From Octopus sinensis (lineage: Eukaryota), in NCBI RefSeq assembly GCF_006345805.1, contig NC_042998.1, positions 166,036,001-166,100,000 of the forward strand: 64,000 nt of DNA, written 5' to 3'. A program made the position numbers and the translations under genes. This document shows, piece after piece, positions 1 through 13,367 of the stretch. How positions within the stretch are numbered: position 1 is the stretch's first letter; each line of letters starts with the position of its first letter. Below the pieces are notes generated by a model. That model was given only the letters and a program-made list of their open reading frames with translations, ran no database searches and was not told the origin of the DNA.

Positions 1-99
1 AATTCGCAGATGTATTTCTGTATCAAGTTTTCCATCATTTTGTACAGAGCTTCCAAGGTAAATAAGCGAATCGACAACGTCAAGTAACTTACCCTTAAC

Positions 100-690
100 A
101 AAAATTTTAGTGGGATTACAAACAGCACCACACGCAGGTTGATGCATTACAACTGTTTTTTTTCCTTCAAGTTGATGGTCAAGCCAAAATCATCACAAGC
201 TGATCGTCAAATGCAGATACAAGAGATTGCAGACCTGTTTCAGAATGACTGACAATATTGCAAACGTCAGCATACAAAAATTCCCTAATGAGTGAAGTAA
301 AAACCTTCGTTTTAAATTTCAGTCTGGTCAGGTTAAAAACATTCCCTGTTGTTCGATATTTTATGTAAATACTCTCCTCAGAGTTTTGAAAAGCATGTGA
401 CAACACAACAGCAAAGTATATTGCAAAGAGGGTGGGTGCATCAAAGTCTCCTTGCTTTACTCCATTTTCCACGGAAAAAGATTGAGAGAGCCTACCGCCA
501 AATTTAACTCTAGCCGTCATATCTTGATGCAATGCCCTGATCATGCTTACAAATTTTTCTGGACAACCTATTTTCCTTAGAATTAGCCATAAAGCATTTC
601 GATTAACAGCATCGAATGCTTTGCTCAAAGCAATGATATTGGACAAGATTCTGTTCAATGCATTTTCTTGCAATTGTCTGATAGTAAAGA
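100..690 (-). mobile_element. RTE-clade LINE, reverse transcriptase fragment (degenerate)
   Basis: Minus-strand translation SKAFDAVNRNALWLILRKIGCPEKFVSMIRALH...GVKQGD..APTLFAIYF...REFLYADVC carries RT motifs typical of RTE/BovB-like elements. The N-terminal MYVC repeats of the listed ORF are only the adjacent (CATA)n. Confidence 0.85.
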
Positions 691-698
691 TACAATCA

Positions 699-756
699 CA
701 CATACATACATACATACATACATACATACATACATACATACATACATACATACATA
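699..756. repeat. (CATA)n microsatellite
   Basis: Direct reading; a second tract lies at 1781-1862. Confidence 0.95.
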
Positions 757-1775
757 ATGGCTGCAAACTCGTGTTCGAGTATTGCCATCACCCGATCGAA
801 AATCCTAACCATGCGAATACTACAACCAGCCATTTTTGTGATAGATATTACGTTTTTTCAAGCGATGCTTGTGCATGATGATTTTTTATAGCGGGGAAAA
901 GATTAGCACAAATCCAATTCCACTCTCTGAACATGGACAGCATAAACTCGAAAAGAAGAACTAGTCTACATCATTGAATATTGTCTGTGTCGCAGGTTTT
1001 CTCTCAGAGTTTCCCTCTCCTAGAGAGATGTTGTGACAACAACAGAGGGGCCTCCCACTCCTAGTGGGCCAAACGTGCGCCTGAACACCAACCCAGGAAT
1101 TTCCATGCCCCCCGCGCATACCTACATGCAAACATACACATGTATACATATTGATGGATGGCCGTTGACCGCTCACGAACTCTTCGGCCCATACATATAT
1201 ACATCGATACATACATCGATACATGGTGGCTGCCCCCTCGTTATCGAGTATGGCCATTGCACGAAGCCTAATCAATGTTGTCATCGTGCAATGCCTGTGC
1301 AAGAAGATTTTTTTAAAGTGAGGAAAGGCTGTGCACTGAGTCAATCCCACTCACTAAGCAACAGCAGCCATAATCCGAAAAGAAGAACAAGTCAACATCA
1401 TCGGTAACCACTGAGCCGCAGGTTTTCTGTCGGAGTTATCCCAGTTACCTGAGTTACCTTCTCCTAGAAGGATGCCCTAACAAAGGCTAGGAGTCCTTCA
1501 CTCCCAATAGTTTAACCGCGCGATCGGGTATTCAGTCCGATTATTTCTATGTCCCCGCACATGATACAGTCTTAAGACATTTATTGGATGGCCGTTGACT
1601 CTCAAGAGTTCCTCCGCCCTTTGACGGGTTTTGCTTTTCATCCCGCAGGGTGTCCAATAAACACCCTCCTCACCAAGCAAGCTTGGTGGGGTTGCCGGTT
1701 TAATCGCCGACAACCCGACCATGCAACAGGTTGTACTGGCTTACATGTTACCAGTAGCACTCGAAAGTGACCTAC
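755..1775 (-). mobile_element. Two related non-autonomous retroelement-like modules (about 755-1185 and 1223-1775) with (TATG)n tails
   Basis: Shared diverged blocks (CGAAAAGAAGAACWAGTCWACATCAT, CGCAGGTTTTCT, TCTCCTAGA, GGATGGCCGTTGAC). Both end on the minus strand in CAGCCAYYATGTATG. Confidence 0.45.
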
Positions 1776-2222
1776 ATCGATACATACATGCATACATACA
1801 TACATACATACATACATACATACATACATACATACATACATACATACATACATCCATACATATATGATGGCTGTCTTATCTTGTCAGATGATAGCCGTTT
1901 CAAATTTGATAGTGAGATTACTGTACGTCATTGGATTTAAGTGACAAAAGCTTGTACAGCACTTTTGCCACTCTCTCGGTCACTATAGTAGTTCTAGTCA
2001 CAAGCATTGCAAAATGACTAGTACTATTTTCACTTCAAGATTTATGTCATAGTAATCTTCTCCCAGAACAGCTGCCTTCCCCGCAGCTTTGTCAAAATCA
2101 ACGGGAGCCTTCAGTACTTCTGGGAAAACTATTTAACCTATAAACGTGACTTAGACGGAGAACAGATCCAGGAGTAATGGTAATTAAAGGGGTGACTACA
2201 CGCTCTTCACAACTCCTCCGAA

Positions 2223-2480
2223 GTGGAACGTTACCACCGGATACTGTTTAATATCATACCCAGTTCAAACAAACAAACATACTCACACTACAAGTGCATA
2301 ATGAAAAATATGCAGGACTTTAAAATTAAGCCTGTAATTATTGGAACTCTTTCATATGTAATTGACTGTGTCTTAGGTGGGCTTCGCAAAACCAGAAAGA
2401 GGAGAGCTAATTAAAAAACCAGCTACAAGCTGTTAAAAGCAGTGTGAAAATACGTAAAATATTCCCGAAGTCTAGCATGT
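2223..2480 (+). mobile_element. Possible C-terminal remnant of an RLE-type (R4/NeSL-like) non-LTR element
   Basis: MKNMQDFKIKPVIIGTL followed by a basic tail resembles the PIIIGALG tail of RLE-type elements; no catalytic motif seen. Confidence 0.3.
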
Positions 2481-2617
2481 AATAAATGCATATATCCACT
2501 GATGTTAAGATGCAAATATGCATCTACACAAATACATAAGGCAAAGCATAGAGTTCTACGTATATAATCATATCGTTGTCTGCACACATATATACATGCA
2601 CAGTTACGTATAATGGT

Positions 2618-2935
2618 ACTCTGTTGGTTAGGACGATAGGTGTTCCAGTTGATCTAATCAACGGAACAGCCTGCTCATGAAATTAACATGCAAGTGGCTG
2701 AGCACTCCACAGACACGCGTACCTTTAACGTAGTTCCCTGGGAGATTCAGCATGGCACAGAATGTGACAAGACTGGCCCTTTGAAATACATGTACAACTC
2801 GTTTTTATCAGCTGAGTGGAACGAAGCAACGTGGAGTAAAGTGTCTTGCTCAAAGACACAACGAGTTACATGGAATCGAAATCACGACCTTACGGTCGTC
2901 AGCTGAATACCCTAACCACTAAGCCACGCACCTTC
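2618..2935 (-). mobile_element. tRNA-derived SINE, family B
   Basis: tRNA-like head (GGCTTAGTGGTTAGGGTATTC...GATTCC on minus), core CTTTGAGCAAGACACTTT; homologous to 6575-6880, 49311-49628 and 63590-63965. Confidence 0.85.
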
Positions 2936-3016
2936 ACAAACATACATATACATACATACTTATATGCACACGTTGTTATTCTTACCTCTGTACATGTATA
3001 TATACATAAGCACATA

Positions 3017-3142
3017 CAGTAATGCCCCGATATTCGAGTTAATTCGTTCCCGGAGAACACTCGTAAAGAGAAAACTCGCAAACAGAAGACTCGTAAACCT
3101 GGTGTCTCGTAAAGCGGGTCTTCGTAAAATGAGGTATCACTG
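3017..3142. mobile_element. Tc1/mariner-pogo (Tigger-like) MITE
   Basis: TA|CAGTAATGCCCCG ... GAGGTATCACTG|TA imperfect TIRs with TA flanks; internal repeated CTCGTAAA motifs. Confidence 0.75.
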
Positions 3143-3374
3143 TACATACATACATAATACATACATACATACATACATACATGCATGCACATACACACAC
3201 ATACACGCCGTAATAGTTTAATACACACACACACACACATGCACACACACACACACACACACATGGTGTACTCCTCTGTCGTTAGACGACGCATGAGGGT
3301 TCAACAATTTCTTACCGAACACCACACAGATCATTTGTTTATAGCGATCAAATGTTTATGTAGACATAAGCTCG

Positions 3375-3560
3375 CTCCCTCCATCAGATCGACATTACCT
3401 GCACAGGTGCAACGGGTACCACATGTCAGATGTCAAAATAATCGCAGAGCAACGTGAAATGAAGTGCTTTGTTCAAGAACACAACGCAACGCCCAGTCTG
3501 GGAATCGAACCGACGATCTCGCAATCGTAAGTGCAACACCCTAACCACTAAGCCATGTCT
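3375..3560 (-). mobile_element. tRNA-derived SINE, family B variant
   Basis: GGGAATCGAACC...CCTAACCACTAAGCCA head on minus; homologous to 42150-42350. Confidence 0.75.
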
Positions 3561-4306
3561 GTATGTATGTGTGCATGTATGTATGATTGTATGTATGTAT
3601 GTATGTATATAAGATCTCTGTAACAGAATGCAATAAAGTGTTTCCCTGATGATCCAGTGCATTCAGATGCACTTAGAGCATTCCAAATAACTGCAATAGT
3701 GAAACGTACGTAGGAGCTAATAATTTATACTTATGTTTATCTTAATGTTCATGTGTGTGTGCGCGCGCGCGCGTGTGTTTGTGTGTGTGTGTGTGTAGTG
3801 AATAGTTTACTAGATTCTTAGCCAAGAAATCTTAGCTTAGATTTTTCTACAACTTTCTACCTATTGTTCTCGATATAAGTACTTAGAAATTTATGGGGGT
3901 CGACTTAGTTAAATTTCATTGTTTAAGTGAACATTCTTGGGTTAAATACAACTTAAGTGTGATAAACTTATTACTTTCATTGTTCTCTGTCCTACGTTCA
4001 GCTTCCCAGCATGTACCCAAATTCAGTTCTTCCTCTTTTCATTAAGCACCGCGGATGAAGTGCCTCATGCGAGGAACTAACAAATTTCACCCTCTCTGCT
4101 TGTCAACACAGAGAGGTAAATTCTTTTACTCTTTCTCATTTCTTCTTCCATCTGTCTTCTAGCAGTCGCTCACCTACAGAATGGATGACAAGATTGCAAA
4201 TAATCTGTGTACAACTCGATGAAGTTGTATCTTACATTGTGACGATAAAATAAAGACCATATCAACTTATATTTTTCTTCCGCTTATTTATTTGGTGCAT
4301 ATATAC

Positions 4307-4372
<66 letters not shown>

Positions 4373-4385
4373 ACACACACACACA

Positions 4386-5046
4386 GAATCTCAAGAGCAA
4401 TGAAACTGGACATCATACAATTCAGAACTCCAAAAACGAAGAACAAAGAAAACATCATCCCTTTCATAAACACACGCAACCCTGGAGTTACCAACATGTT
4501 TCAAATTATACATTCAAACTTATCAAAGCCCCAAAATGGGAGACCTATTAAACAAATATTGCATAAAAAACAGTAAACGCCAAGAGAATAACCTGAAGAA
4601 ACAACTAACAAGTGCAAAATTCTCATCAGAGAATAAAACCGAATTCTTTGTAAAAGAGTTTGGAGATGGTAGATGTGGGATCTGCAGTAACCCCATCTAC
4701 AAGTATATGGAGGGAAACAAACAAATAAAATTTAAGAGTGGTCACATTCAAAGTAAATGCAGACATGAATTGCAAGACGCAGAATGTAATATACTGCTTT
4801 ACCTGCCCCACATGCAAGGAGAATTATATAGGCGAAACTGGAAATTCTTTATGCCAACGAGCCAGAATTCACCGACAACATGTCCGACAGGAGGAACTGC
4901 GAAAGATTCCACTGAGTAAACACTTAGAAACATGTAGAGAAGGAAAATTTAAGATTTTTCCTTTCTATAAATGCCCAATGAATGACACCTTCTTCAGAAA
5001 AAATATGGAACAATACTTCATAACAAAGTTCTCCTCCAAAATATGA
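4386..5046 (+). mobile_element. Penelope-like element, C-terminal GIY-YIG endonuclease fragment (frameshifted)
   Basis: CGICSNP...IKFKSGH then CKTQNVIYCFTCPTCKENYIGETGNSLCQRARIHRQH...PFYKC...E..FI.KF matches PLE GIY-YIG architecture; the RT is missing. Confidence 0.85.
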
Positions 5047-5243
5047 AAATCACAGCAACTTCCCTATAAACCCATCTAGAACTATTAGCTTCGTCTATAT
5101 AATAATGTCCTCGTAATGTACAAGAAAATGTATGCATATCTGTTTCATTGAGCTCCTTCACAAGACACTTTCCCTTGTACATTATTGCCTATCCTAATAT
5201 CTTCATTTTTGTAAAGAATTGTTCCTTATCTTCATTCCTTTTG

Positions 5244-6560
<1,317 letters not shown>

Positions 6561-6574
6561 ATTTATTTATAAAC

Positions 6575-6880
6575 GAACACTCCATCGGTTACGACGACGT
6601 GGGTCGCAGCTGAGTCGATTAACGGAACAGCCTGCTCATGAAATTAGCGTGCAAGTGGTTGAGCACTCCACGGACACGTGAATCTTTAATGCAGTTCTCG
6701 AGGAGATTAAGCATGACACAGAGTGTGATAAGACTGGGCCTTTGAAATACAGGTACTACTCATTTTTTGCCAGCTGAATGGACTGGTGTAACGTGAAATA
6801 CAGTGTCTTGCTCTAGGACACAACGTGTCGCCGAGAATTGAACTCACAACCTTACGATTGTGAGCCGAATATCCCATATA
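6575..6880 (-). mobile_element. tRNA-derived SINE, family B
   Basis: Colinear homology to 2618-2935. Confidence 0.85.
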
Positions 6881-7294
6881 ATGCATTTTATTGTTTTGCT
6901 GCAAAATAACATTAAGAACCGTTGCCTTAGAGCACTCACAGTAGAGAAACACCGATTTCACCTGATCGTCTTCTAGGAGTCATTTGCGGACATTGTAACA
7001 TTTAACCAACATAGATTATTAACGTTATTCACAAATGTTTTTGTTTACAATAAATTTTGTATCACTTGGAATAGATCCAGTGAACGACATGCTTTTCTAG
7101 TGGTACGTAGAATATATATGTATGTATATATATATATATATATACATCGCATTTTCCACAATTTCAAAACAACCTCAAGCTGTGGTTTGAGAAATATTGG
7201 CAGAATCTAATTTTATAGTTGTGTCCTTGCAAACATTATTTTTCTGCGTCGTCTTTGAAAATAGCAAAAAGTCCTGCCTTCTGAAACTGATACA

Positions 7295-7838
7295 CAGCAA
7301 TGCCTCGATATACGAGTTAATCTGTTCCCGGAGACCGATCGTAAAGCTACAACTCGTAAAGCAGAGTAATAATTTACCATAATAGCTATGTTATAAATCG
7401 TAATTTGTTCCCAGAAAAATATTTTACCTATAAAATTTATAATACTCGTAAATAAATGGCAATAAAACAACAGTTGAATGTAAAGAATATTTTATGTAGA
7501 GTTAAAGGAATGTCAAGATCATTTATAATAAAAATATAATTATTATAATCGTTTTCTGAATCACTTTCACTCGCGTTAGGATCGCGGATACTATTACTTG
7601 TAGATGCAATCGCCGATTCACAAGCACTCGTAGACAGGCTTGTAGATTTCTTTTTAAAAAACAACTCTAAAGTTGTTTGCTTAGAAGAAGCTTTCTTTCG
7701 CTATCTATAAGTTTCTCGGTAATACGCAGAAGCAATGGTTATGGTAGTAGAAACGTTTGGACTTCGTTCAAAATTTGCATCTTGTGCTAAAAAAATTCAA
7801 CTCGTAAACCCGGAGTCTCGTAAAGTGAGGTATTACTG
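7295..7838. mobile_element. Longer internally deleted member of the 3017-3142 Tigger-like family
   Basis: Same ends: CAGCAATGCCTCGATATACGAGTTAAT..TTCCCGGAG and CTCGTAAACCCGGAGTCTCGTAAAGTGAGGTATTACTG|TA. Confidence 0.75.
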
Positions 7839-7987
7839 TATTTTTCTTGTCACTGATATAAGAATATAAAGAGAAATTTGTTCTATGAGTCTAAACGCCT
7901 ATTTTCCATTTTCCTTTAGGCGCAATCTGCAGCATCATACATATGTAAAAATATCCGTTGCATTTAATTTAATGCCTTTATTAAAAA

Positions 7988-8502
7988 CTAGCAGAGATAC
8001 CCGGCGTTGCTCGGGATTAAAATGGCATAGTTTGTATATATTACAGTTATGTTGAAACAAGTGATGCGGGAAAACGCAGCATTGACGACAGAGCATTTGT
8101 GGAATAAATGATGGGCTAATTCGACTAAGCGACGTGCCATGCGTCTGTTTGGAGTATTCCAAGCCATAACCTGTCATGGAAAATTGGGAGTAGGGGTATG
8201 TGAGTTTTGAACACACCGAAAAGCTATCAGTGGATATACTCTCCTTTGCGGCTGTCGGCGCTGTGTCTAACACGACCCATCGTCCGAGGTTTTGACATCT
8301 CCTTCGAGATTGTTGTTCTACATCACTCATAAAGTAAATTTGAAGGAACTGTGGTTGTTCATTTGTGGGTATCAGGGAACCAATGAGGTGAGACAACAAA
8401 GTCACCGTGCAAGACAATCATCACTAGGATGACCAAACGTTCTTCGTTACCCTGACGGACAAACAGTGATCTCTCGCCTTTTTCTACCCACATTTTATAT
8501 AA
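7988..8502 (-). mobile_element. Non-autonomous Helitron
   Basis: Minus-strand 3' end CCCGAGCAACGCCGGG hairpin plus CTAG|T; internal NEQPQFLQIYFMSD (Helitron Rep/helicase N-terminal motif); 5' TATATAAAATGTGGG. Confidence 0.75.
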
Positions 8503-10744
8503 TTATTATTCTGTATGGAAGTTGATGTTTGTTCTGCAAAACCAAAAAATAAACATTAAAAATATTTATCTTATATCTTATCTTATCTAATATATAAAAA
8601 CCGTTCTGTCTGTCTGTTTTTTTTTGTGCGCTTATAACTCGAGTATTGTTCGTCCAATCGCGCTGAAATTTTAAACATGGATACACGAGAAAGCGGGGCA
8701 TTCCGTAATCTAAAAATATTTTCAAAATTTTCAGTTTCAAAGAGAGAATTGCTATTTTTGTAATCTTTTTGTCCTGTTTCTTCCGCCATCCTGTTCATTA
8801 ACCGACGTTCTAAACAATTCTTTTCTACGTTTTCACATTTAAATGACTGATGTATGTAAATAAAGCTTGCTATTTGTAAATACAGTCTCATTTTGATTTA
8901 AATATTAAACCACAAACAACTGTATTCATTTCTATTTAAACACATTTGTAAGCGGCTAAAAAATTGATATCACTCTAATTAACTGTAATCAACCACGTGA
9001 ATTCGCGGTCAAATATGTTCTTATGGCTGATTTTCGTGCAATAAACCAGTTGACATGAAAAACTACTAGGAAAAGGCAGGAAAAGTGAAAATAATGCAAA
9101 TAAATAACTAGTGATTACTCAATTTTCTGAAGATATTCTCAACAAAATTCAATTGAAAGTAGAAAAGACTAATTGATTGCTTATAAAACGTGAAAAATTT
9201 GGGGGGTTACATCTAAAACCTTGCCTAGCGTTTCTCATCCAACTTTAAAAAAATAAGCGGTATTGTTCAATTTTTGAAATAAAACTGATTTGCAAAGAAC
9301 ATGCCTTATGTTATTTTACTGCACATTGTGTTATCTCACCCCCGAGTTTCTTCTCTTTTTGCGTCAGCTTTTGAGAGAAGAGAGACTTCCCTAAGCAGTT
9401 TTGCACCTTTATTGAGTAGCAGCTTCTGTTTGCCTGTCCATCGGGTGATTAAAACTTCCATTTATATTTTTATTCGAAACTAATATTACTTATCCTGTAG
9501 TTCTTACCACTACACCAGTGAAAATCGAAATAAAATACGTAAAGCAACAGTCGTCAAATGCAAAAACCAAAGAACTGTTTATTGCTTAAATATCACTTGC
9601 AATATTCACTTTGGAGATAAAACAGTGTTCAGTCTGATGTATAGGTGTCAACATGAGGTATGTACTATGGAAGAGTACATTGTGCTTATCCTAATGTGAA
9701 AGTGTTTGAGTGCAAAAAGTTTAAGATTAATTATGATGTCCGATTCCACTGGAAGTTGTATATATTGTGGGCTGAGCAGCTTTTCTTCATTTTATTGGCC
9801 TTATGACAATTTTGAAATGGTTCAGTGTGTTAAGATTCACTAACAGTCAATTTTCCTTACTTAGAAGAAACAATCAACAGTTTTAACGTCTCAGGAATTT
9901 TTAATGCCCTAACCAAAAGTAACAACCCCATACAATCACCAAACATTTCCACAACTTAACACCGTCCAAGTTAACCCTCTTCACCTATACAAACCGTCCA
10001 ATGGAGGGAGGGCGTTTGCTAGTAACTTGTAAAATCGGAGTGGTAAGTTGGGCTACCATTTGATAAAATGGGAAGGGTGCAAGGGCGATAGTATGAGAGG
10101 AAACATAGTGGCATCGAGAGTGTGACTGATAGATATCAGAGAAGGGGAGGACAGAGTTGTGTAAGCGACAAATATGGAATAACATTACTACGCGCGTGCT
10201 TTCAATCTTTCTTACTTGCGTCTCTTTCTCTCTGTCTCTCGCTCTCTTTCCCTATGTCTCTCCCTCCCAGTTTGTTTGTCTGTCTGTCTCTGCCTCTCTC
10301 TCTCTCTCTCTCTTTCTCTCTCTGTGTGTAACAAACACACATACACACAAACCGAAATTATCCGGAAATAACCGAAGTAATCCTTTTTTTATGAACTGAC
10401 GATAAAGAAGTTATCGTCTGCTAAATACTTAGAGCCAATTCACTTTTCTTTTCACGAAGACGACGTTTCAAGTCAACATTGAGGGTGAAGTACCTTATTA
10501 ATTTCGTTTATATAATTTACAAAATTATAACCACTCATTCATCTATCGCAAAGATAGAATGACAGATTTCTAAAGGGGAAATTTCTATCATTTAGTATCT
10601 CATCCCTTTTGTGTTGTTATTTTCCGTCACGTTCTGTTCGCAAAACCGTCTAAAGTTTAAACTGAAGGTGAAGTTCCTTACTGAATTTATTGAAAAATAT
10701 TCAACAATTACATTAATTTATTAATTCACTCCTTTAATAAAATC

Positions 10745-11110
10745 ATGGGCGATGGCAACTGTTTGTTCAGAGCTGTGTCACTCTTGCTCAAAAACAATAG
10801 AAATTACCGGATACATATGCAAGAATTGGAAGTATTTTCATTAATAGTACAATGCAGGAATTGGAATTATTTTCATTAATAGTACAATGCAGGAATACCA
10901 AGCATACATGATTAGGGATGGAACATACAGCAGTAATGTTGAATTAGCTGCCATTAGTGAATTGTACAACGTTGTAATTCAGGTTCATTACAAAAATGAC
11001 GATGAAATTATTCTTCTACTGTTCACCATTTGCAGTCGAACAGTTACAGAAAGGAAGATTTCAGTGTTATAAAGTGGCGAAATTGATAAGGACCACTACG
11101 GTGCTCTTTT
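10745..11110 (+). pseudogene. OTU-like cysteine protease remnant within the Helitron
   Basis: MGDGNCLFRAVS (catalytic Cys motif), YMIRDGTYSSNVELAAISELYNVVIQVH and SGEIDKDHYGAL (His motif); disrupted by a local duplication, frameshift and stop. Confidence 0.75.
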
Positions 11111-11539
11111 CCCCATAAATAATAATGAGCATGAAAGAAGTGTAGAAGGAAATGAAATATCACAAGACAGTAAAAAGAACAAAAGAATGAGAAATCAAAC
11201 ACTTAATATGAAAATTGTAGAAGAAAGTAATAACCATCGGAAAGTTAGGTGGCAAAAAATGAGGGAATATGAGAGGAAGACAAGAGAACAAGAAGGTGAT
11301 AAAGGTAGGGAAATAAGATTACAGAGAAAGAACGAAAATTATAGAAATAAAAAAATACAAGAGAATATATAAAAACAAAGAAATACGATTGCAAAAAAAG
11401 GAGAGAAAAAGGTAGAATAAATAGAAAACAAGAAAGTGAAAGCAACCGAAAAATACGACTAAAAAGGAGAAAGCTTTCCAGAGAAAACCAACAGAAAAGT
11501 ATAGACGATTTCAATGACAATGTGTAGCATTTAATTATG

Positions 11540-12070
11540 ATCTTAATCGTAATTATGCATCTGAAAAATTGTCTCCCTGGGCTCTATGTGCAAAACATGT
11601 GAAAGATGTGGTGCTAGGAAGTGGGACAAGGTATCATTAGGTATGTGTTGTTCTAAAGGTAAAGTCCATTTATAAATAATTGAGCCTCCAGGACTTATAA
11701 AATATCCTATTTTGGGTACCACTTCAAAATCAAAACACTTTCTTAAAAATATTCGAGCGTACAATTGTGCTTTTAAATTACATCATTTGGGGCAAGAATT
11801 ATTAGGGTAAGTGGGTTTATGCCGACTTTAAATTGCAAGGACAAATTTATCACAGAATTAGCTCTCTTTTGCCTTTACAGAATAAAGATACACAATTTTT
11901 ACAAATATATTTTATAGGTAACGTTCAAAAGGAAGCACAGTGTCTCAACAAGAATTGTCCGGGTACAAGATTAGAACTTATTTTTAAGCTGCAAGAAATG
12001 CTTCACGAAAATAATTCTTATGTGAGAAGCTTTCAGTATGCTTCAGAATATACTTCAACTGCAGACTATC
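11540..12070 (+). pseudogene. Helitron Rep/helicase N-terminal region remnant
   Basis: CERCGARKW...GMCCSKGKVHL, NIRAYNCAF, FKLQGQIYHRISSLLP, FLQIYFIG, LQEMLHENNSYVRSF. Confidence 0.85.
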
Positions 12071-12514
12071 GACTACGGACTTTAGGATTTAATATTAGGG
12101 TTAGTATTATAGTTTAGATTTTAAGGATAAAATTAGGATTAGGATCTTGAGTTTAGTTTTAAGGTAAGGGCTGAGGGTTGACATTCAACGTTAAGGTTTC
12201 GTGTTAGTATTTAGGATTACAATTTTGAGTTAGGGTAAGGGTTAGTTCAAACAGAAATAGAAAAGTGATTCAAAAGATTTGAATTTTTGTACAAATTTTT
12301 ACAGAATTGAACTTGCTTATGTTTGGAACGTGGATATCAAACTATATTCTTAAAAGAAGAAAAATAAAAAGGTCTACAAAGTGTTCTTAGTCCTAAATTT
12401 CATTGAGTGTTTTTTTCTTTGAAAATATTTACTATAAGTTAGATAAAGAGCTTTGCGATGTTACTGTTAATTCTCTGAGTCATTAACACGGGCAACGCCG
12501 GGTACATCAGCTTG

Positions 12515-13367
12515 TCTATATAAAAATGTGTGGGTGTGTGCGAGCGCGTGCGTATGTTCCTTATACATTCCAAAGCGAGTTGACGATTTTGACGTATGGG
12601 GTATCAAAAAGTTCAGTAAACTTTCACCTACCAACTAAACTATATTTTCATTCACATATTTGCATTACAAAAATTTAACATTATAATTTTTCTGTTAGTT
12701 ACCTATCGTAAATGACATTTTATACCACCACCATAACGACGATGACGTCACATTTCTATATGAAAGAGTCCGCGTGTTCGTTACGTACGTTAGGTTGATG
12801 ACTGACAAGTATATGTGTGTGACGGTGTATGTGTCTATCAGTATACATACATTTTGTGACTACTGAAACACACGCCTACACACACACACATACACACACT
12901 CACACATCTAAAGACAGAGGCAGACACACACAAAGACAGAGATAGCACTGCAGATGACCTGTATATTTATTCTACCAACACTGGACTTATGCAAAGCATA
13001 GTTTACCCAGAAGCATTGTCGGCTTCACTTAACATATGTTGAGGTGTGCAGTCTGCCTAAACATTCACAATGTAGCAGCTTTCTTTCCATGTACCTTATT
13101 TTCTGCAATACGGATTCCTCTACGTCCTCATACGTCATCCAGTTCTTAACATCCGTAACTCTAGGTCATTTTGGGGGCAATGTTAAGATTTCATTCTAAT
13201 CTAAACTGCCATTCTTCATGTCTTTGGTGTCAACAATTTCAGCATTGTTCATCACAAAATTACCGAAAAACATGTTTATAAAGAAGAGTTGTTTGCTTCA
13301 CACTCCTCGAATAAGACAATATGATTGTAGGTCATAACACCCGGGCAACGCCGGGGTGCATTGTTAG
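12515..13367 (+). mobile_element. Non-autonomous Helitron directly abutting the previous one
   Basis: 5' TCTATATAAAAATGTG; 3' CCCGGGCAACGCCGGGG hairpin plus TTAG|T. Confidence 0.7.

Larger units (their letters stand above)
8586..12514 (+). mobile_element. Internally deleted Helitron carrying OTU and Rep/helicase N-terminal remnants
   Basis: 5' A|TCTAATATATAAAAA; 3' CGGGCAACGCCGGG hairpin plus CTTG; coding remnants listed separately. Confidence 0.75.

Noticed and set aside
3793-4311. Solo LTR
   Set aside because: TG...CA ends and AATAAA are present, but both ends run into microsatellites and no TSD or second copy can be seen.
10745-11110. Host OTUD deubiquitinase gene
   Set aside because: Disrupted, intronless and colinear with Helitron Rep/helicase remnants between Helitron termini.
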